Assembly (NCBI GenBank): GCA_041476105.1
Contig: JBGOSS010000001.1
Span: 16,297 to 80,296, forward strand
DNA length: 64,000 nt
Source: Gemmatimonadota bacterium
GTDB lineage: Bacteria; Gemmatimonadota; Gemmatimonadetes; Gemmatimonadales; JACORV01
Direction: 5' to 3'
Numbering within the stretch: position 1 is the first letter of the stretch; each line of letters starts with the position of its first letter. The position numbers and the translations under genes are program-made. A model generated the notes under the pieces. That model was not told where the DNA came from. It did not search any database and saw only the letters and a list, made by a program, of their open reading frames with translations. Below, piece after piece: positions 16,282-27,896 of the stretch.

Positions 16282-18768
16282 TCACGATTCCGGTTCCGGC
16301 GGACTGACGGGTGCGTCGAGCGCGGCGCGCACCGCCCGGGTGAGCGATTCGATGGTGAAGGGTTTCTGGAGCAGGGATGCCCCCAGCCCTAGCGCGGAGC
16401 GCCCTTCGAGCGATTCGCCGGTATAGCCGGACACGCACAGCACACGAATCGAGGGCCACTGCTTGCGCAGGCGCCGGGCCAGGTCGACGCCGCTCATCCC
16501 CGGCATGATCATGTCGGTCAGCAAGAGGTGGATCGGCCCGTCGCGAGTCTCCGCGATCCGCAGCGCTTCATCCCCGGACGCAGCGGCGACGACCGTGTAC
16601 CCCCGGTCCGCGAGAATCCGGCTGACCGCGCGGCGGACGGTGGCCTCATCCTCGGCGAGCAGCACGGTCTCGGTGCCGCCAAGGCCACCAACCGGTTGCG
16701 GTGCCGCCCGCTCCACCGGGCTCTGCGCCGCGACGCGCGGCAGGTACACCTTGACCGTGGTGCCGCGGCCGAGCTCGCTGTACACCCAGATGTGGCCGCC
16801 GTTCTGCTTCGCGATACTGTAGACAGTCGCCAGTCCGAGGCCCGTGCCCTTGCCCGGTTGCTTGGTGGTGAAGAAGGGTTCGAAGAGGTGCGCCTGCGTC
16901 TCGGCGTCCATGCCGGTCCCGCTGTCGCTGATCGCCAGCATGATGTGAGGCCCCGGCTCGACTGGCACCCCTCGCCCGACGTAGAGCGCATCCAGGTCCA
17001 CTTCGGACGTCTCGATCGTCAGCTGCCCCCCCTCCGGCATCGCGTCACTGGCGTTGATGACGAGGTTCGTAATGACCTGTTCCAGCTGGCCGAGATCCGC
17101 GCGGACGATGCACGGACCCTCCGCCAGCACGGTGCGCAGGGCGACGTCTTCGCGAATCACGCGCCGGAGCAGCCGGTCCATGCCGCCTACGACGATGTTC
17201 ATGTCCAGCACCTTCGGCTGGGTCACCTGCTTTCGGCCGAGCGTCAGGAGCTGCCGCGTCAGACTGGCGGCATCCAGGGCGGCGCGCCGGATCATGTCGG
17301 CGTCAGGTTGCACCGGGTGGCCCTCGCCCAGCTGCTCTGCGATGGCCTCAGCGGACGCGAGTATGACGGTGAGCAGGTTGTTGAAGTCGTGCGCGAGGCC
17401 TCCGGCAAGCTGGCCGACGACTTCCATTTTCTGCGCGCGCAGGAGCTGGCCTTCCAGGCTCTTGCGCTCGGTAATGTCGATCCATGCGCCCACGACTTCG
17501 CGTGGCGCGCCCCGTTCGTCGAGGAGGAGCCGTTGCTCGTTGAGAACCCAGCGATAGCCGCCGTCCTTCCGGCGGAGCCGGTACTCGCTCGTCAGCGAGC
17601 CCCGCGCCAGCAGCCGTTTCGTGTCGGCGATGGCCGCTTCCCGGTCGTCGGCGTGCACGCACTCGGACCACCAGGTGGGTGCGAGGGCTTCTTCCACCTG
17701 GTAGCCCAGAAGACGCGTGATGTTGTCGTTGACCCACGCGGGCCTGAGGTCCTGGCCGTCCACTTTCAGGACATAGATCACGGCCGGCGTCGCGGCGACC
17801 ACCTGCTGGAGTCGCGACTCGGCGGCCCGTAACGCTTCCTCGACGCGCTTGCGGTCGGTGATGTCCCGTGCGATGCCGTCGATTCGTGGCGCGCCGTTCC
17901 CGGCGGGAATGAGATTCTGGAGGATCCACCGTTCCTCGCGCGCCCGTGGCAGAAACCGGTACTCGATCTCCTGGGGGTTGCGGGACTGGACCGCGCGCTG
18001 GAGAGAGTCCCATGCCGCGGGGCGGTCCTCGGGGTGGACGTGGTCCCGCCAATAGTCCAGGCTGAACGCCTCCGGGGCGCACCCGAAGACGAACTGGGCT
18101 GCCTGCGAGACGTACCTGACGTCGCGTCCATCGGCGCTGACGCTGAACAGCACGTCAGGGACCGAACTGAGAATCGTCTCGATGCGCGCCTCGAGCGAGC
18201 GGGCGTACCGCGCGATCTGGGTCTGCGCCTCGGTCAGTTCCTCCTCGCGGCGCCGGAGTTGGCGATTCTGGCGGACCGCCTCCTCGAAGGTCGTCACCAG
18301 GAGATCGAGAATCTGCTCGCGCTCCGAGGAGATGCTGAACTCCCTGCCCATGAAGACAATCTGGACGCCGGTCTGCACCCGGTGACGCTTCCTGGCCCGC
18401 CGCGTCGCCAGCAGCACATCGAGTCGCTCGATGAGGTGCTCCGGGTCGTAGGGCTTGGTCACAAAATTGTCGGCCCCGCACTCGAGTCCGCGGATGATGT
18501 CCATCGGATCGGTGAGGCTCGTGAGCAGCATCACCGGAGTGTCCCGGTGCCCGCCGGCCTTGATCTGATGGCACAGCTCGTATCCGTCCACCGCGCCCGG
18601 CATCACGACATCGCTGATCACCACGTTGGGATGCTCGCGCTCGAGCCTCGCCAGGCCGTCCTCACCGTTGACGGCATGGGTGACCGCATAGCCGGCGGCC
18701 TCGAGTACACTGCGCAGCGCCTCCGCCTGGGTCGGGCTGTCCTCGACGATCAGGACGCGTGTCGTCAT
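16282..18768 (-). CDS. Hybrid histidine kinase REC-PAS-PAS-HisKA-HATPase-REC
   Basis: ISDVVMP, two PAS (VHPED/VHADD, DITERK), [34 protein letters not shown]. Confidence 0.93.
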   Translation of the reverse strand: MTTRVLIVEDSPTQAEALRSVLEAAGYAVTHAVNGEDGLARLEREHPNVVISDVVMPGAVDGYELCHQIKAGGHRDTPVMLLTSLTDPMDIIRGLECGADNFVTKPYDPEHLIERLDVLLATRRARKRHRVQTGVQIVFMGREFSISSEREQILDLLVTTFEEAVRQNRQLRRREEELTEAQTQIARYARSLEARIETILSSVPDVLFSVSADGRDVRYVSQAAQFVFGCAPEAFSLDYWRDHVHPEDRPAAWDSLQRAVQSRNPQEIEYRFLPRAREERWILQNLIPAGNGAPRIDGIARDITDRKRVEEALRAAESRLQQVVAATPAVIYVLKVDGQDLRPAWVNDNITRLLGYQVEEALAPTWWSECVHADDREAAIADTKRLLARGSLTSEYRLRRKDGGYRWVLNEQRLLLDERGAPREVVGAWIDITERKSLEGQLLRAQKMEVVGQLAGGLAHDFNNLLTVILASAEAIAEQLGEGHPVQPDADMIRRAALDAASLTRQLLTLGRKQVTQPKVLDMNIVVGGMDRLLRRVIREDVALRTVLAEGPCIVRADLGQLEQVITNLVINASDAMPEGGQLTIETSEVDLDALYVGRGVPVEPGPHIMLAISDSGTGMDAETQAHLFEPFFTTKQPGKGTGLGLATVYSIAKQNGGHIWVYSELGRGTTVKVYLPRVAAQSPVERAAPQPVGGLGGTETVLLAEDEATVRRAVSRILADRGYTVVAAASGDEALRIAETRDGPIHLLLTDMIMPGMSGVDLARRLRKQWPSIRVLCVSGYTGESLEGRSALGLGASLLQKPFTIESLTRAVRAALDAPVSPPEPES

Positions 18769-19814
18769 GCGGTACCGCCCTTGGCCAGAGTCGTGAGCCT
18801 CGGCGCAACATCGTCCAGCGGCAGGATCTCGTCGGCTACGCCGGCCGCGGCCGCCTCACGGGGCATCCCGAACACGATCGAGGTTGCCTCATCCTGCGCC
18901 AGGACGTGTCCACCATTCGCGTTCACGGTCTTGAGCCCGTCCACCCCGTCGCGGCCCATGCCGGTGAGGATCAAGGCGACGACGGCCCGACCATGGGCGC
19001 GGGCCGCTGATTCGAACAGATAGGTGCCCGAAGGCCGGTGACCACCGAGCGGGGCCGCGTCGTCCAGTTTGGCGTGGCCGTCGAGAGTCACACCGAGGTG
19101 TCGGTCATCGGGCGCGAGGTAAACCGTGCGCGGGCTGAGTGCCTCGCCGTGCTCCGCCACTTTCACACGCAGGCCGCTGCCGGCATTCAGCCAGTCCGCC
19201 AGCGCCGCCACGAACCCCACGGCGATGTGCTGGACCACCAGGATCGGCACGTCGTAGGTTGCCGGCAGCTGTGCCAGGATGCGATGCAGCGCCGCCGGGC
19301 CTCCGGTCGACGCCGCGATGGCGACGACGCGCGGGATCACGCCGGGCGCCGGCCTGCGTGAGGTGCCGGGTGCCGGTGCGGGCCCCTGCCCCCGTTCGGG
19401 CCACCTCCGCACCACCTTCACCCCGGCCATCGCCTTCGCCATGCGCAGCAGCTCGTTGCGCCGGCCGTCGAAGCCGGGCGCGGCGGGGTTGTCCGGCTTG
19501 GGAAGCACCATGAGCGCACCGGCTCGCATCGCGTCGAAGGTGAGGCTCGTCTCAGCGCGGCTGGCACTGGAGGTGACGAGAACGATCGGCGTGGGTGCCC
19601 GCATCATGATCTCTTTCGTTGCCTCCAGGCCGTCCATCTGCGGCATGTGAATGTCCATCGCCACGAGATCCGGTTTCAGACTGCAGGTGAGCTCGACGGC
19701 TTCGGCGCCGGTGCGCGCCTGGCCCACGACCTCGGTTTCCGGATCGCTCGTGAACAACGCCACCAGCAACTCCCGGACGGTGGGCGAGTCCTCGGCGACG
19801 ACGACGCGGAGCAC
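18765..19814 (-). CDS. cheB: Chemotaxis methylesterase with REC domain
   Basis: MDIHMP; ASTGG, QHI, GMGRDG catalytic motifs. Confidence 0.93.
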   Translation of the reverse strand: MLRVVVAEDSPTVRELLVALFTSDPETEVVGQARTGAEAVELTCSLKPDLVAMDIHMPQMDGLEATKEIMMRAPTPIVLVTSSASRAETSLTFDAMRAGALMVLPKPDNPAAPGFDGRRNELLRMAKAMAGVKVVRRWPERGQGPAPAPGTSRRPAPGVIPRVVAIAASTGGPAALHRILAQLPATYDVPILVVQHIAVGFVAALADWLNAGSGLRVKVAEHGEALSPRTVYLAPDDRHLGVTLDGHAKLDDAAPLGGHRPSGTYLFESAARAHGRAVVALILTGMGRDGVDGLKTVNANGGHVLAQDEATSIVFGMPREAAAAGVADEILPLDDVAPRLTTLAKGGTA

Positions 19815-19822
19815 CGGCGCGC

Positions 19823-21997
19823 CTAGTCGAGGAGCTGCCGGATCGCGTCCAGCAGACCCTGTTGGTCGAAGCTCGACTTGCCGATGTAGGCGTCCGCACC
19901 GGCCTCCAGCCCGCGGGCGCGATGCGCCGGCGTCTCGAGTGCCGAGACGAGCACCACGGGAAGCTCCTTGAAGCGCTTGGACCCGCGGATTGCTTCACAG
20001 AGGGCGAAGCCGTCCATTCGGGGCATCTCCACATCGGCCACCACCAGGTCGCTGCCCTGCTCCTGGAGGATCTTCCAGGCATCCGCGCCATCCACCGCTG
20101 TCCGTACGTCGTAGCCGGCGGCCTCGAGAATGCTCTGCTCCAACGCGCGCGTGGTGATCGAGTCATCCACGACCACGATCCGTCGCCTGGCCGGGCCGTG
20201 CGTCTCGGTCTCGGCGGGGGCGATCCGGCCGTCGGCTGCCGATTCGAGCCCGCTGGCGATGAGGGCAGGCGTATTGAGCGCCAGTGCCACGGCGCCGCTG
20301 GCGAGCAGCACGCCTCCGCTCAGGTGGGGGAGCCGGCGGCCTCCGGACTCGAGCGGCTGGACCAGGACCTCCTGCTCGGTGATCAGCTCGTCCACGGCCA
20401 CCGCCAGGCGGCGCTCCCCGGCCGAAAGGACGACGACGGGGAACGGGTCGAGCAGCGACTTCTCAGGCAGCGGAGGGAGCAATCGCGCGAGTGGTATCAG
20501 CGGTACGGTGTCGCCAGCTGTCACGATGACGGCCCGGCCCTCGGCATGCTTGACGTCCCCCAGGCGCACGCGGATCAGGCGTTCGACGTGAGCGGTTGGC
20601 ATTGCCAGGACTTGCGGACCCACTGCGACCAGGAGGGCGTGAACGGTCGCGAGACTCAGCGGGCACTCGACGGTAAACGTCGTGCCGCGGCCGGGTGTCC
20701 ACGTCACGTCGACAGTTCCACCCATCCGGTCGATCGCGGCGCGCACCAGGTCGAGACCGACTCCGCGGCCCGAGATCGCGGTCGGCTGCGCGCGGGTCGT
20801 GAGTCCGCCCTGGAAGAGCAGGCGGGCGACCTCCCGGTCGCTCGCGGGAACGCGGGCCGCACGCCGCTCCAGCAGCGATCGGATTCCCGCGACGTTGATT
20901 CCGGCACCGTCGTCGGCGACCACGATGACCAGGCCGTCGCCGCGGAGCGTGGCCGCCACCCGTACCGTGCCCCGGCGCGGCTTGCCGGCTGCTTCCCGCG
21001 CCCCGGGGTGCTCGAGGCCGTGGTCCACCGCGTTGCGCACCAGGTGCAAGAGTGCCTCCCTGAGCATGTCGAGCACGCCGCGGTCGGCTTCCACCGCTCC
21101 GCCCTCGAGCATGAGCTGCGCCTCCTTGCCGGCGGCCGTGGCGAGGTCGCGCACCGCGCGGGGCAGGGCTTCGCAGGCGTCCGCGAACGGCCGCATCCGC
21201 AGCCGTCGTGTGCGATCGATCACTTCGTCGGTCGTCTGGGCCAGGGCGCGGGCATCTTCGGTCGCGACGCCCATCATGCGGCCGGTTTCTCGGGCGACCT
21301 GCCAGAGGCTCTGCTCCATCTCCGTCACGGACTGGGCCGCCGCGGGAGAGGCAGCCGCCCGCTCGAGGGCCAGGCGCACGCGCCGGCCGGCGCGGCTGTA
21401 TTCGACGGCCCGGCGCCGGCTGACCTCGTGCAGGGCCGCAAGCTCGTCCTTGCGGGCCGCGGCGCGCGCGGAAGCGGCGAGCAGGAGGCTCGCGGAAGCA
21501 AGCAGCGCGTCCAGCTTCTCGACCTCGACCCGCACCTGGCCGTCGGTGCGCTCCGCCGGTGCGAGGGCGGCGACGCCCGGCCCGGGGGCGGGCGGCGCCG
21601 TCTTCGGCGAGTCGGCCCCGCGCAACGAGGACAGCAGCGCCTCGAGCGGAGCGCCGAGGGGATCCTGGCCGGCCCCGAGGCGCTGGCCGGCGTCGGCCAG
21701 CGCATCGACCGCCGCGAAGAGCAGCGAGAACGCGTCCTTTCCCAGCGTCCGGTTGCCGTCGCGCGCCTCGGCAAGCACCGTTTCCAGCGCGTGGCACGCC
21801 TGCTCGATGGGCGGGACGCCGGCGGCCCGCGCGGCGCCCTTGAGGGTGTGGGCCACACGGAAAACCGACTTGAGCCGATCGGCGTCCCGCGGTGCCGCTT
21901 CGAGCGCGAGCAGGTCGGTGTTCATCACCCGCAACTGCTCCTCGAGTTCGCCGAGGAAGGTGGTGAGCAGCCGGGCGGCGAGCCGGTCCCGGTTCAT
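19823..21997 (-). CDS. cheA: CheA-like kinase with C-terminal REC (WspE/ACF type)
   Basis: HPt [24 protein letters not shown], CheW domain, [12 protein letters not shown]. Confidence 0.93.
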   Translation of the reverse strand: MNRDRLAARLLTTFLGELEEQLRVMNTDLLALEAAPRDADRLKSVFRVAHTLKGAARAAGVPPIEQACHALETVLAEARDGNRTLGKDAFSLLFAAVDALADAGQRLGAGQDPLGAPLEALLSSLRGADSPKTAPPAPGPGVAALAPAERTDGQVRVEVEKLDALLASASLLLAASARAAARKDELAALHEVSRRRAVEYSRAGRRVRLALERAAASPAAAQSVTEMEQSLWQVARETGRMMGVATEDARALAQTTDEVIDRTRRLRMRPFADACEALPRAVRDLATAAGKEAQLMLEGGAVEADRGVLDMLREALLHLVRNAVDHGLEHPGAREAAGKPRRGTVRVAATLRGDGLVIVVADDGAGINVAGIRSLLERRAARVPASDREVARLLFQGGLTTRAQPTAISGRGVGLDLVRAAIDRMGGTVDVTWTPGRGTTFTVECPLSLATVHALLVAVGPQVLAMPTAHVERLIRVRLGDVKHAEGRAVIVTAGDTVPLIPLARLLPPLPEKSLLDPFPVVVLSAGERRLAVAVDELITEQEVLVQPLESGGRRLPHLSGGVLLASGAVALALNTPALIASGLESAADGRIAPAETETHGPARRRIVVVDDSITTRALEQSILEAAGYDVRTAVDGADAWKILQEQGSDLVVADVEMPRMDGFALCEAIRGSKRFKELPVVLVSALETPAHRARGLEAGADAYIGKSSFDQQGLLDAIRQLLD

Positions 21998-23421
21998 CCG
22001 TGCGCCAGCCGCGAGCCCTCGTGCCGGTTCCCGCCGACGAGCTCGAGGAGTCTGCTGCCCAGGTCGTTCAGGTCCCGGGCCGCGCGCTCGGCCTGCTTGG
22101 TCGAGGCCAGGTTCTGCTGTGTCGCCTCGTGGATGCTCGCGATCGCCTGGCGGATCTGCGCCATCCCTGCCGCCTGCTGGCCCGCTGAAGCCACGATCTG
22201 CGCAGCCGCCTGTGCTGCGCCGCCCACGACTTCGGTCACCTGCTTCGTCGCGGCCGAGACGTGCTTCGTGCCTTGCTCGGTGGTCATCACCGCCGCGGTG
22301 GTGGCCCGCTGGATCTCGCCCAGAATCCGCCGCACCTCGATCGTCGCCTTCTTCGACTGCTCGGCGAGGTTCTTCACTTCCCCCGCCACCACCGCGAACC
22401 CGCGACCCTGCTCTCCGGCGCGCGCCGCCTCCACGGCGGCATTCAGCGCCAGGAGATTGGTCTGCTCCGCGATGTCGTTCACGGTGGCGATCATCTCCCC
22501 GATCGCCTGCGCCTGCTCGGCCAGCGCCAGGATGCTCTCGGCCACCGACTCCACCTGCTCCTTGACCTCGTTCATCGCCGCGACCGACGCCTCGAGCGCC
22601 CCACGGCTCGAGCGCTCGATCTCCTTCGCTCGCTGGGCCGCCTGCTCGGCCGTCTGCGCCACCTCGTCCGCCGTCGCCACCGTCTCCGCCACGGCCGCTG
22701 AGGTCGCGCTCGCGCCGGACGCCTGCTGAGTGGTGGCGGCGAGGATCTCCGCCGCGCTCGACGCCAGCACGCCCGTGGTTTCCCGAAGCGGGGTGCTCAC
22801 GGCACGGTTCAGGAGTGTGGCCACGATGCCGCCGAGCGCCAACGCCAGGAAGCCGGCCATGAGGAGCGCACGCTGAGCCCCAATGGCCGTGGCTTGGCTC
22901 GCGCGCGTGGCGTCGTCCGTAGCCTCCTGTGCTTCCCTGATGCCGCGCTCGATCGCCAGGCGCAAACTGTCCCGGGCCGGCGCGACCCGAGCGTCGCGGA
23001 TGCGTATCGCATCGCTTTGCCTGCCAGCCCGTGCCACCGCCATTGATGCCCGCGAGGCATCATCCCAGGCCGAGAGCAGCGCGAGAGTTGCCGCCCAAAC
23101 ACTGCGGCGCTCGACCGTCCGGGTGGAGTCGCGTAGTCCTTCCAGCAGGCCCCGAGTGACGGCCAACACGCTGTCGCGACTGCGCGCGTACTGCTGCTTG
23201 TTGGGCTCGAGCAGGACCCACAAGTAGTCGATCATGGCCCGGCGCGCTTCGGCATGCGCCTCGAAGGCCGGCACCAGCGTCCGGCGCTCCTGATCGAGAG
23301 CAGTCTGGTATGCCCTTGAGGAGCTCCGAAGGGCGAGCCCCGCGACCGCCACGACCGCAACGACCAGACCCAGGGCGAGCGCGAATCCCGCCGCGATCCG
23401 GCGACTCACCGTCCAGAGCAT
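21994..23421 (-). CDS. Methyl-accepting chemoreceptor (periplasmic helical sensor)
   Basis: 2 TM helices; [30 protein letters not shown] tip. Confidence 0.92.
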   Translation of the reverse strand: MLWTVSRRIAAGFALALGLVVAVVAVAGLALRSSSRAYQTALDQERRTLVPAFEAHAEARRAMIDYLWVLLEPNKQQYARSRDSVLAVTRGLLEGLRDSTRTVERRSVWAATLALLSAWDDASRASMAVARAGRQSDAIRIRDARVAPARDSLRLAIERGIREAQEATDDATRASQATAIGAQRALLMAGFLALALGGIVATLLNRAVSTPLRETTGVLASSAAEILAATTQQASGASATSAAVAETVATADEVAQTAEQAAQRAKEIERSSRGALEASVAAMNEVKEQVESVAESILALAEQAQAIGEMIATVNDIAEQTNLLALNAAVEAARAGEQGRGFAVVAGEVKNLAEQSKKATIEVRRILGEIQRATTAAVMTTEQGTKHVSAATKQVTEVVGGAAQAAAQIVASAGQQAAGMAQIRQAIASIHEATQQNLASTKQAERAARDLNDLGSRLLELVGGNRHEGSRLAHG

Positions 23422-23494
23422 GAGGCACGTCCCTCCCGAGAACGACGGGTATCCTCACCGCCCAGCGGCGCCTGCGCGACCGACGGCCCGGTGT

Positions 23495-24991
23495 TCACGA
23501 CCGCGACCGACCCGGCGGCGGTGCCGACTGGTGCCCATCCCCTCCGACGAGCGCGACCAACCCCGCCCCCAGGGCGCTCAGATCCTGAGCCGCACGCTCG
23601 GTCTGCTTGGTGGACGCGAGATTCTGCTGGGTGGCGTCGTGAATGGACCGCATCGCCTGACGAACCTGGGCCATGCCGGCGGCTTGCTGCCCGGCCGATG
23701 CCACGATCTGCGCCGCGGCCTGGGCGGCCTCCCCGATGGCATCCGTCAGCGCGCGGATCGTCTCGCCCGCTTCCGTCACCTGCTTCGCCGTTGCCGTCGC
23801 CTGCTTGGTGCCCTGCTCGGTGGTCATCACCGCGGCGCTGGTCGCCCGCTGGATCTCTCCCAGGATGCGCCGCACCTCGACCGTCGACTTCTTCGACTGC
23901 TCGGCGAGGCTCTTGACCTCCCCCGCGACCACCGCGAAGCCGCGCCCCTGCTCGCCGGCGCGCGCCGCCTCGACGGCGGCGTTGAGCGCCAGCAGGTTGG
24001 TCTGCTCGGCGATGTCGTTGACCGTCGCGATGATCTCCCCGATCGCCTGCGCCTGCTCCGCCAGGGAGAGGATGCTCTCGGCGATCGCCTCCACCTGCTC
24101 CTTCACGTCCGCCATCGCCGCCGTCGATGCCTCGACGGCCGCGCGGCCGGCCTTGCCGATCTCCGCGGCGCGCTGGGCTGACTGCTCCACCGCCTTCGCC
24201 CGCTGGGTCGCCTGTTCCGCCGTTTGCGACACCTCGTCCACGGTGGTGACGGTCTGCGCCACGGCCGCCGACGTCTCGCTCGCCCCCGCGGCCTGTTGGG
24301 TGCTCGCGGCCAGGATCTCCGCCGCGCTCGAAGCGAGCACCGCGGAGGTCTGCTGGAGCGGCCGGCTCACGGCACGCGTCAGCAGCACCGACGCCGTCAC
24401 CACCACGGCCAACGAGAGCGCGGTTCCCAGGAGGAGCATGAGTGCCGTGGTGCGCGCGGTCGCATCGGCATCAGCCGCGCGCTGTTGCAGCAGCCCCAGT
24501 TCATCGGCCTCCATCTGGCGCACCAGCTCGCGGATGTCGTCCATGATCCGCTTGCCCCGCCCGCTCTGCACCAGTGCGGCGGCCGCCTGAAATCCGCCGC
24601 GCCGGCGCGCGTCGACCACGCCCCGCAGCTCGTCCGCCTTGTTCCCGATGAGCGGCCGCATGGCTTCGAGACGCCGCTGCTGTGCCGCGTTGTCCGCCGT
24701 CAGCCGGCGCAGCTCCTCGAACTCGGCGTTCACCCGCTGTGCGCCGGTCGTGTAGGGTTCGAGGAAGTCATCCCGGCCGGTGATGGTGTAGCCGCGTTGC
24801 CCGGTTTCCATGTCCTTGATGGTGGACAGGACCCGCTCCAGCTGGCGCAATACCTCGTTACTGTGCGTCACCTGCTGGCTGGTGCGCAGCAGCAAGCGGT
24901 CGCTGCGGTAGGCGATCGCGCCGAGGGCCAGCACCAGCACCAGAGAGACGCTGAACCCGGCCGTGGTCTTGCCGCCAATGGACCATCTCAT
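23495..24991 (-). CDS. Methyl-accepting chemoreceptor with CHASE3 sensor
   Basis: [18 protein letters not shown] (CHASE3); MCP hairpin tip. Confidence 0.92.
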   Translation of the reverse strand: MRWSIGGKTTAGFSVSLVLVLALGAIAYRSDRLLLRTSQQVTHSNEVLRQLERVLSTIKDMETGQRGYTITGRDDFLEPYTTGAQRVNAEFEELRRLTADNAAQQRRLEAMRPLIGNKADELRGVVDARRRGGFQAAAALVQSGRGKRIMDDIRELVRQMEADELGLLQQRAADADATARTTALMLLLGTALSLAVVVTASVLLTRAVSRPLQQTSAVLASSAAEILAASTQQAAGASETSAAVAQTVTTVDEVSQTAEQATQRAKAVEQSAQRAAEIGKAGRAAVEASTAAMADVKEQVEAIAESILSLAEQAQAIGEIIATVNDIAEQTNLLALNAAVEAARAGEQGRGFAVVAGEVKSLAEQSKKSTVEVRRILGEIQRATSAAVMTTEQGTKQATATAKQVTEAGETIRALTDAIGEAAQAAAQIVASAGQQAAGMAQVRQAMRSIHDATQQNLASTKQTERAAQDLSALGAGLVALVGGDGHQSAPPPGRSRS

Positions 24992-25569
24992 CGTCCACCC
25001 CCCGGGTGATGGTCGAGACCGTCAGGCTCCGGCCCTGGTGTTGGCCCCGCGATGCGCAGCAGCCGCTGCCCGTCGAGCACCAGGACCGCCTGCCCCGTCA
25101 CGCCTCGCAGGTACTCCCGCTTCACGGCGACACCGTCCGGCGGCGTGCGAATTGCACTGCCGGGGACCGTCACGAGTTCGTGTACCGCGTCCGCCAGGAT
25201 GCCGAAGGCCGGCCGGTGGCCTCCCAGCACGACGACGCGGCTCAGATCGTCGAGCGCGGCGATCGAGACCCCGAGCGCCTGCCGCAGGTCCACGATCGTC
25301 AGCAGGCCGCCCCGCCACGCGGTGACACCGAACACCGGAGCCTCGGCTCCGGGGAGCGGCGAGAGCCCGGCCAGGCGGAACACCTGGAGGACATAGCGCG
25401 CCTCGATGGCGTAGGTCTCGTTGCCCAGCGCAAAGGTGACCAACTCCAGTGTGTCGCGAGGCGCCTGTGCGGACGCCGGCCGGGCGAGTGCGCGCGCCCG
25501 TTCCGCGAGCGCGCGGCGGATCGGCTCGGTCTCGTCCGCTCGGCCGAGGGTCGAGGGCGGTGACGTCAT
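24988..25569 (-). CDS. cheW: CheW-like adaptor
   Basis: [39 protein letters not shown]. Confidence 0.85.
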   Translation of the reverse strand: MTSPPSTLGRADETEPIRRALAERARALARPASAQAPRDTLELVTFALGNETYAIEARYVLQVFRLAGLSPLPGAEAPVFGVTAWRGGLLTIVDLRQALGVSIAALDDLSRVVVLGGHRPAFGILADAVHELVTVPGSAIRTPPDGVAVKREYLRGVTGQAVLVLDGQRLLRIAGPTPGPEPDGLDHHPGGGR

Positions 25570-27053
25570 CAGGCCGCCTCGTCGGCCAGAAGGCTCAGGC
25601 CCGCCCGAGCCATCTGGAGCAGCCGGTCCGCCCGCTCGCCGTCCGAACAGGGCACTAGCGCTTGTGGCGGCAGGGCCTCCAGCAGGTCCGCGGCGTTGCG
25701 GAAGGCGCGCCGCGCCCCTCGCCGCTCACCCGAACGCGCCAGCGCGGTGCCGAGAGAGAAGTGCGCGACGACGAGGCCGCGGTCGAGGTACAGCGCCGCC
25801 CGCGCCGCAACGATGGCCTCCGCCGTGTGGCCTCCTTCGGCCAGGAGGATCCCGTGCAGATAGGCCAGCTCCGCCGAGATCCGGTGCCGATCCAGCGCCG
25901 AAGCGCACGCTAGGCCGGCCTCGTTCAGGCGTCCGGCATTGGCGAGCGCGCGCACCAGCAGCACCCACGCCTCGGTGGTGTCGGACCGCCCAGCCGCCGC
26001 CTTAGCGAGCTCCGCGGCGCGGGCGTAGTCCTGCTCGCCGTAGCACCGTACCGCGTCGGCCAGCAGTGTCGCCTCAGTCGGTTCCGCGGTCCGGCTCGGC
26101 TCGCCGCCCGCCACGCCGATCACCGAGTCCACCTCTGCCGGCGTGTCCGGCGGCGGAGCCGGCCGCGGCTCGATCGCTGGTACCGGTCGGTGCGGTCGAT
26201 CGGGGCCGCGACGCTCGAGGAGGGACGGTGCGGCCGCGGCCGCGCGCCGGTACGCGAGCCCCGCGGGCGTGACGACCGCCTCGCAGCCGGCCAGCCCGGA
26301 AATCGACGGATCGGACGGGCCGAGCACGAGCCACCCGTCGTCCCCGAGGCTGGCGATCAGGCGGCGCGCCACGTGCGCGACCGTCTCCGCGTCGAGGTAG
26401 ATCAGCACATTGCGGCACACGATGAGGTCCATCCCCCACACGCCGGCCGCGAGCGACGGATAGGTGTCCTCGGCCAGGTTCAGGTAGCGGAACTCCACGT
26501 TGTTTCGAACGGCGGGCACCAGGTCGAAGTGGTCGCCGGTGCACCGGAAGTAGGCCGCTACGACGTCGTCAGGTACACCGCGGAGCGACCAGCGCGTATA
26601 GCTGGCACGCCGCGCCTTGGCGAGCGACCCGCGCGACAGGTCGGTCGCGAGGATGTGCGCCAGAGCGGTGAGGCCGCGCTGGTGCAGGAGGATGGCGAGG
26701 GTGTACGCCTCTTCTCCCGCGGCGCACCCGGCACTCCACAACCGGAGCGGGCGGTCGCGAGGAGTGCGAGCGCCCAGGACCGCGCTCGCGATCAGGTCGA
26801 ACTGCTCGGGCGAGCGGAAGAAGTAGCTCTCGCCGACGGTGAGATCACCCGTGAGATCGTCGAGCAGGTCCTGGTCGGAAGCGAGGCGCGCGAGGTAGTC
26901 CGCGAGGTCCCGGGTGCGGGCGCGCTCCATCGCCTTCCGCACCGCGGTCTCGAGTGCGCCGCGTCGCGACGCGGGGAACGTCAGCCCGGTCAGCCGGCGC
27001 ACGGCATCGGCCGCCGCGTCGAGCCCTGCCGGTTCGGTGAGACCGCGGCTCAC
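25569..27053 (-). CDS. cheR: CheR methyltransferase with C-terminal TPRs
   Basis: TVGESYFFR, WSAGCAAGEEAY, DLIVCRNVLIY; TPRs with RAALYLD. Confidence 0.92.
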   Translation of the reverse strand: MSRGLTEPAGLDAAADAVRRLTGLTFPASRRGALETAVRKAMERARTRDLADYLARLASDQDLLDDLTGDLTVGESYFFRSPEQFDLIASAVLGARTPRDRPLRLWSAGCAAGEEAYTLAILLHQRGLTALAHILATDLSRGSLAKARRASYTRWSLRGVPDDVVAAYFRCTGDHFDLVPAVRNNVEFRYLNLAEDTYPSLAAGVWGMDLIVCRNVLIYLDAETVAHVARRLIASLGDDGWLVLGPSDPSISGLAGCEAVVTPAGLAYRRAAAAAPSLLERRGPDRPHRPVPAIEPRPAPPPDTPAEVDSVIGVAGGEPSRTAEPTEATLLADAVRCYGEQDYARAAELAKAAAGRSDTTEAWVLLVRALANAGRLNEAGLACASALDRHRISAELAYLHGILLAEGGHTAEAIVAARAALYLDRGLVVAHFSLGTALARSGERRGARRAFRNAADLLEALPPQALVPCSDGERADRLLQMARAGLSLLADEAA

Positions 27054-27502
27054 GGCGTTTCCCCCGCCAGCGCCCCGTCGAGCCCCGCGGACTCGTCGAG
27101 CGCCAGGAACCGGTCCAGGTCGTGGATCACCAGCAGACCGTCGGGGAGCTTGGCGATGCCCGAGACGTACTCCGCCGCTGGTGTCGAAAGGGACGCCGAC
27201 TCGATGGCGTCCGCGTCGATGTGGACCACGTCCGTCGCGCGGTCGACTCGCAATCCCACCATCCGCCGTCCGGCCCGCGCGATGATGAAGTGCTGGTCGA
27301 GAGAGAGAGAAGCCGGCGGAACCCCGAAACGCCGGCGCACGTCGAGCATGGGCACGATGGTTCCCGCGACGTTGACAACGCCTTCGACGATTGCTGGGGC
27401 CTTGGGTAGGGCCGCAATCGCCACGGCACGTACGATCCGCTGCACGGCATCGGCCCGCAGCGCGAACCGTTCGTGCCCCAGCGTGAAGACCAGCACGGTC
27501 AC
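27050..27502 (-). CDS. cheW: CheW-like adaptor
   Basis: LVFTLGHERFAL, LPKAPAIVEGVVNVAGTIVPMLD. Confidence 0.88.
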   Translation of the reverse strand: MTVLVFTLGHERFALRADAVQRIVRAVAIAALPKAPAIVEGVVNVAGTIVPMLDVRRRFGVPPASLSLDQHFIIARAGRRMVGLRVDRATDVVHIDADAIESASLSTPAAEYVSGIAKLPDGLLVIHDLDRFLALDESAGLDGALAGETP

Positions 27503-27896
27503 TGGCGTCGCTGCGGCGGTTAACAGGGTCGGCGGTCGTTCATGTGGTCCTCATGAATGGCGGGCCTTGACTGGTCGTGGAGAACACTGTGGATAAACGG
27601 CGGGCGCCGCTACTGGGGATAGCCCTAGCTCTGCCCAATCGCTCCGGCAGCCGTCTCGCAAGTCGCGCAGTCGCATGGGTTTGCGGTGCATGGTGCCTGG
27701 TGGGACCAAGGCCGCTTTGGTCGTCGCCTGTCGGGAACTGGTCGACGTCACAATGTTCAACGCCAGCCTCCGTTTCATGGTCCGAAGGTGGCTCAGACGC
27801 ATTGCTCATCACTGCTACTCGATGATATGCTTTACTTGCCTGAAGCGTGTCAAGTCGATCATGAAGGCGACCAAGGCGTGGAAAACTGGGAGGGGA

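Noticed and set aside
19862-22729. 955-aa plus-strand ORF and other long overlapping ORFs (e.g. 8428-10260, 10381-12297, 60826-62796, 60900-62900)
   Set aside because: Shadow or alternative frames of well-supported genes; Arg/Pro/Ala-rich with no family signatures
27540-27812. 90-aa minus-strand ORF upstream of cheW
   Set aside because: No motif or codon bias; more likely regulatory intergenic DNA
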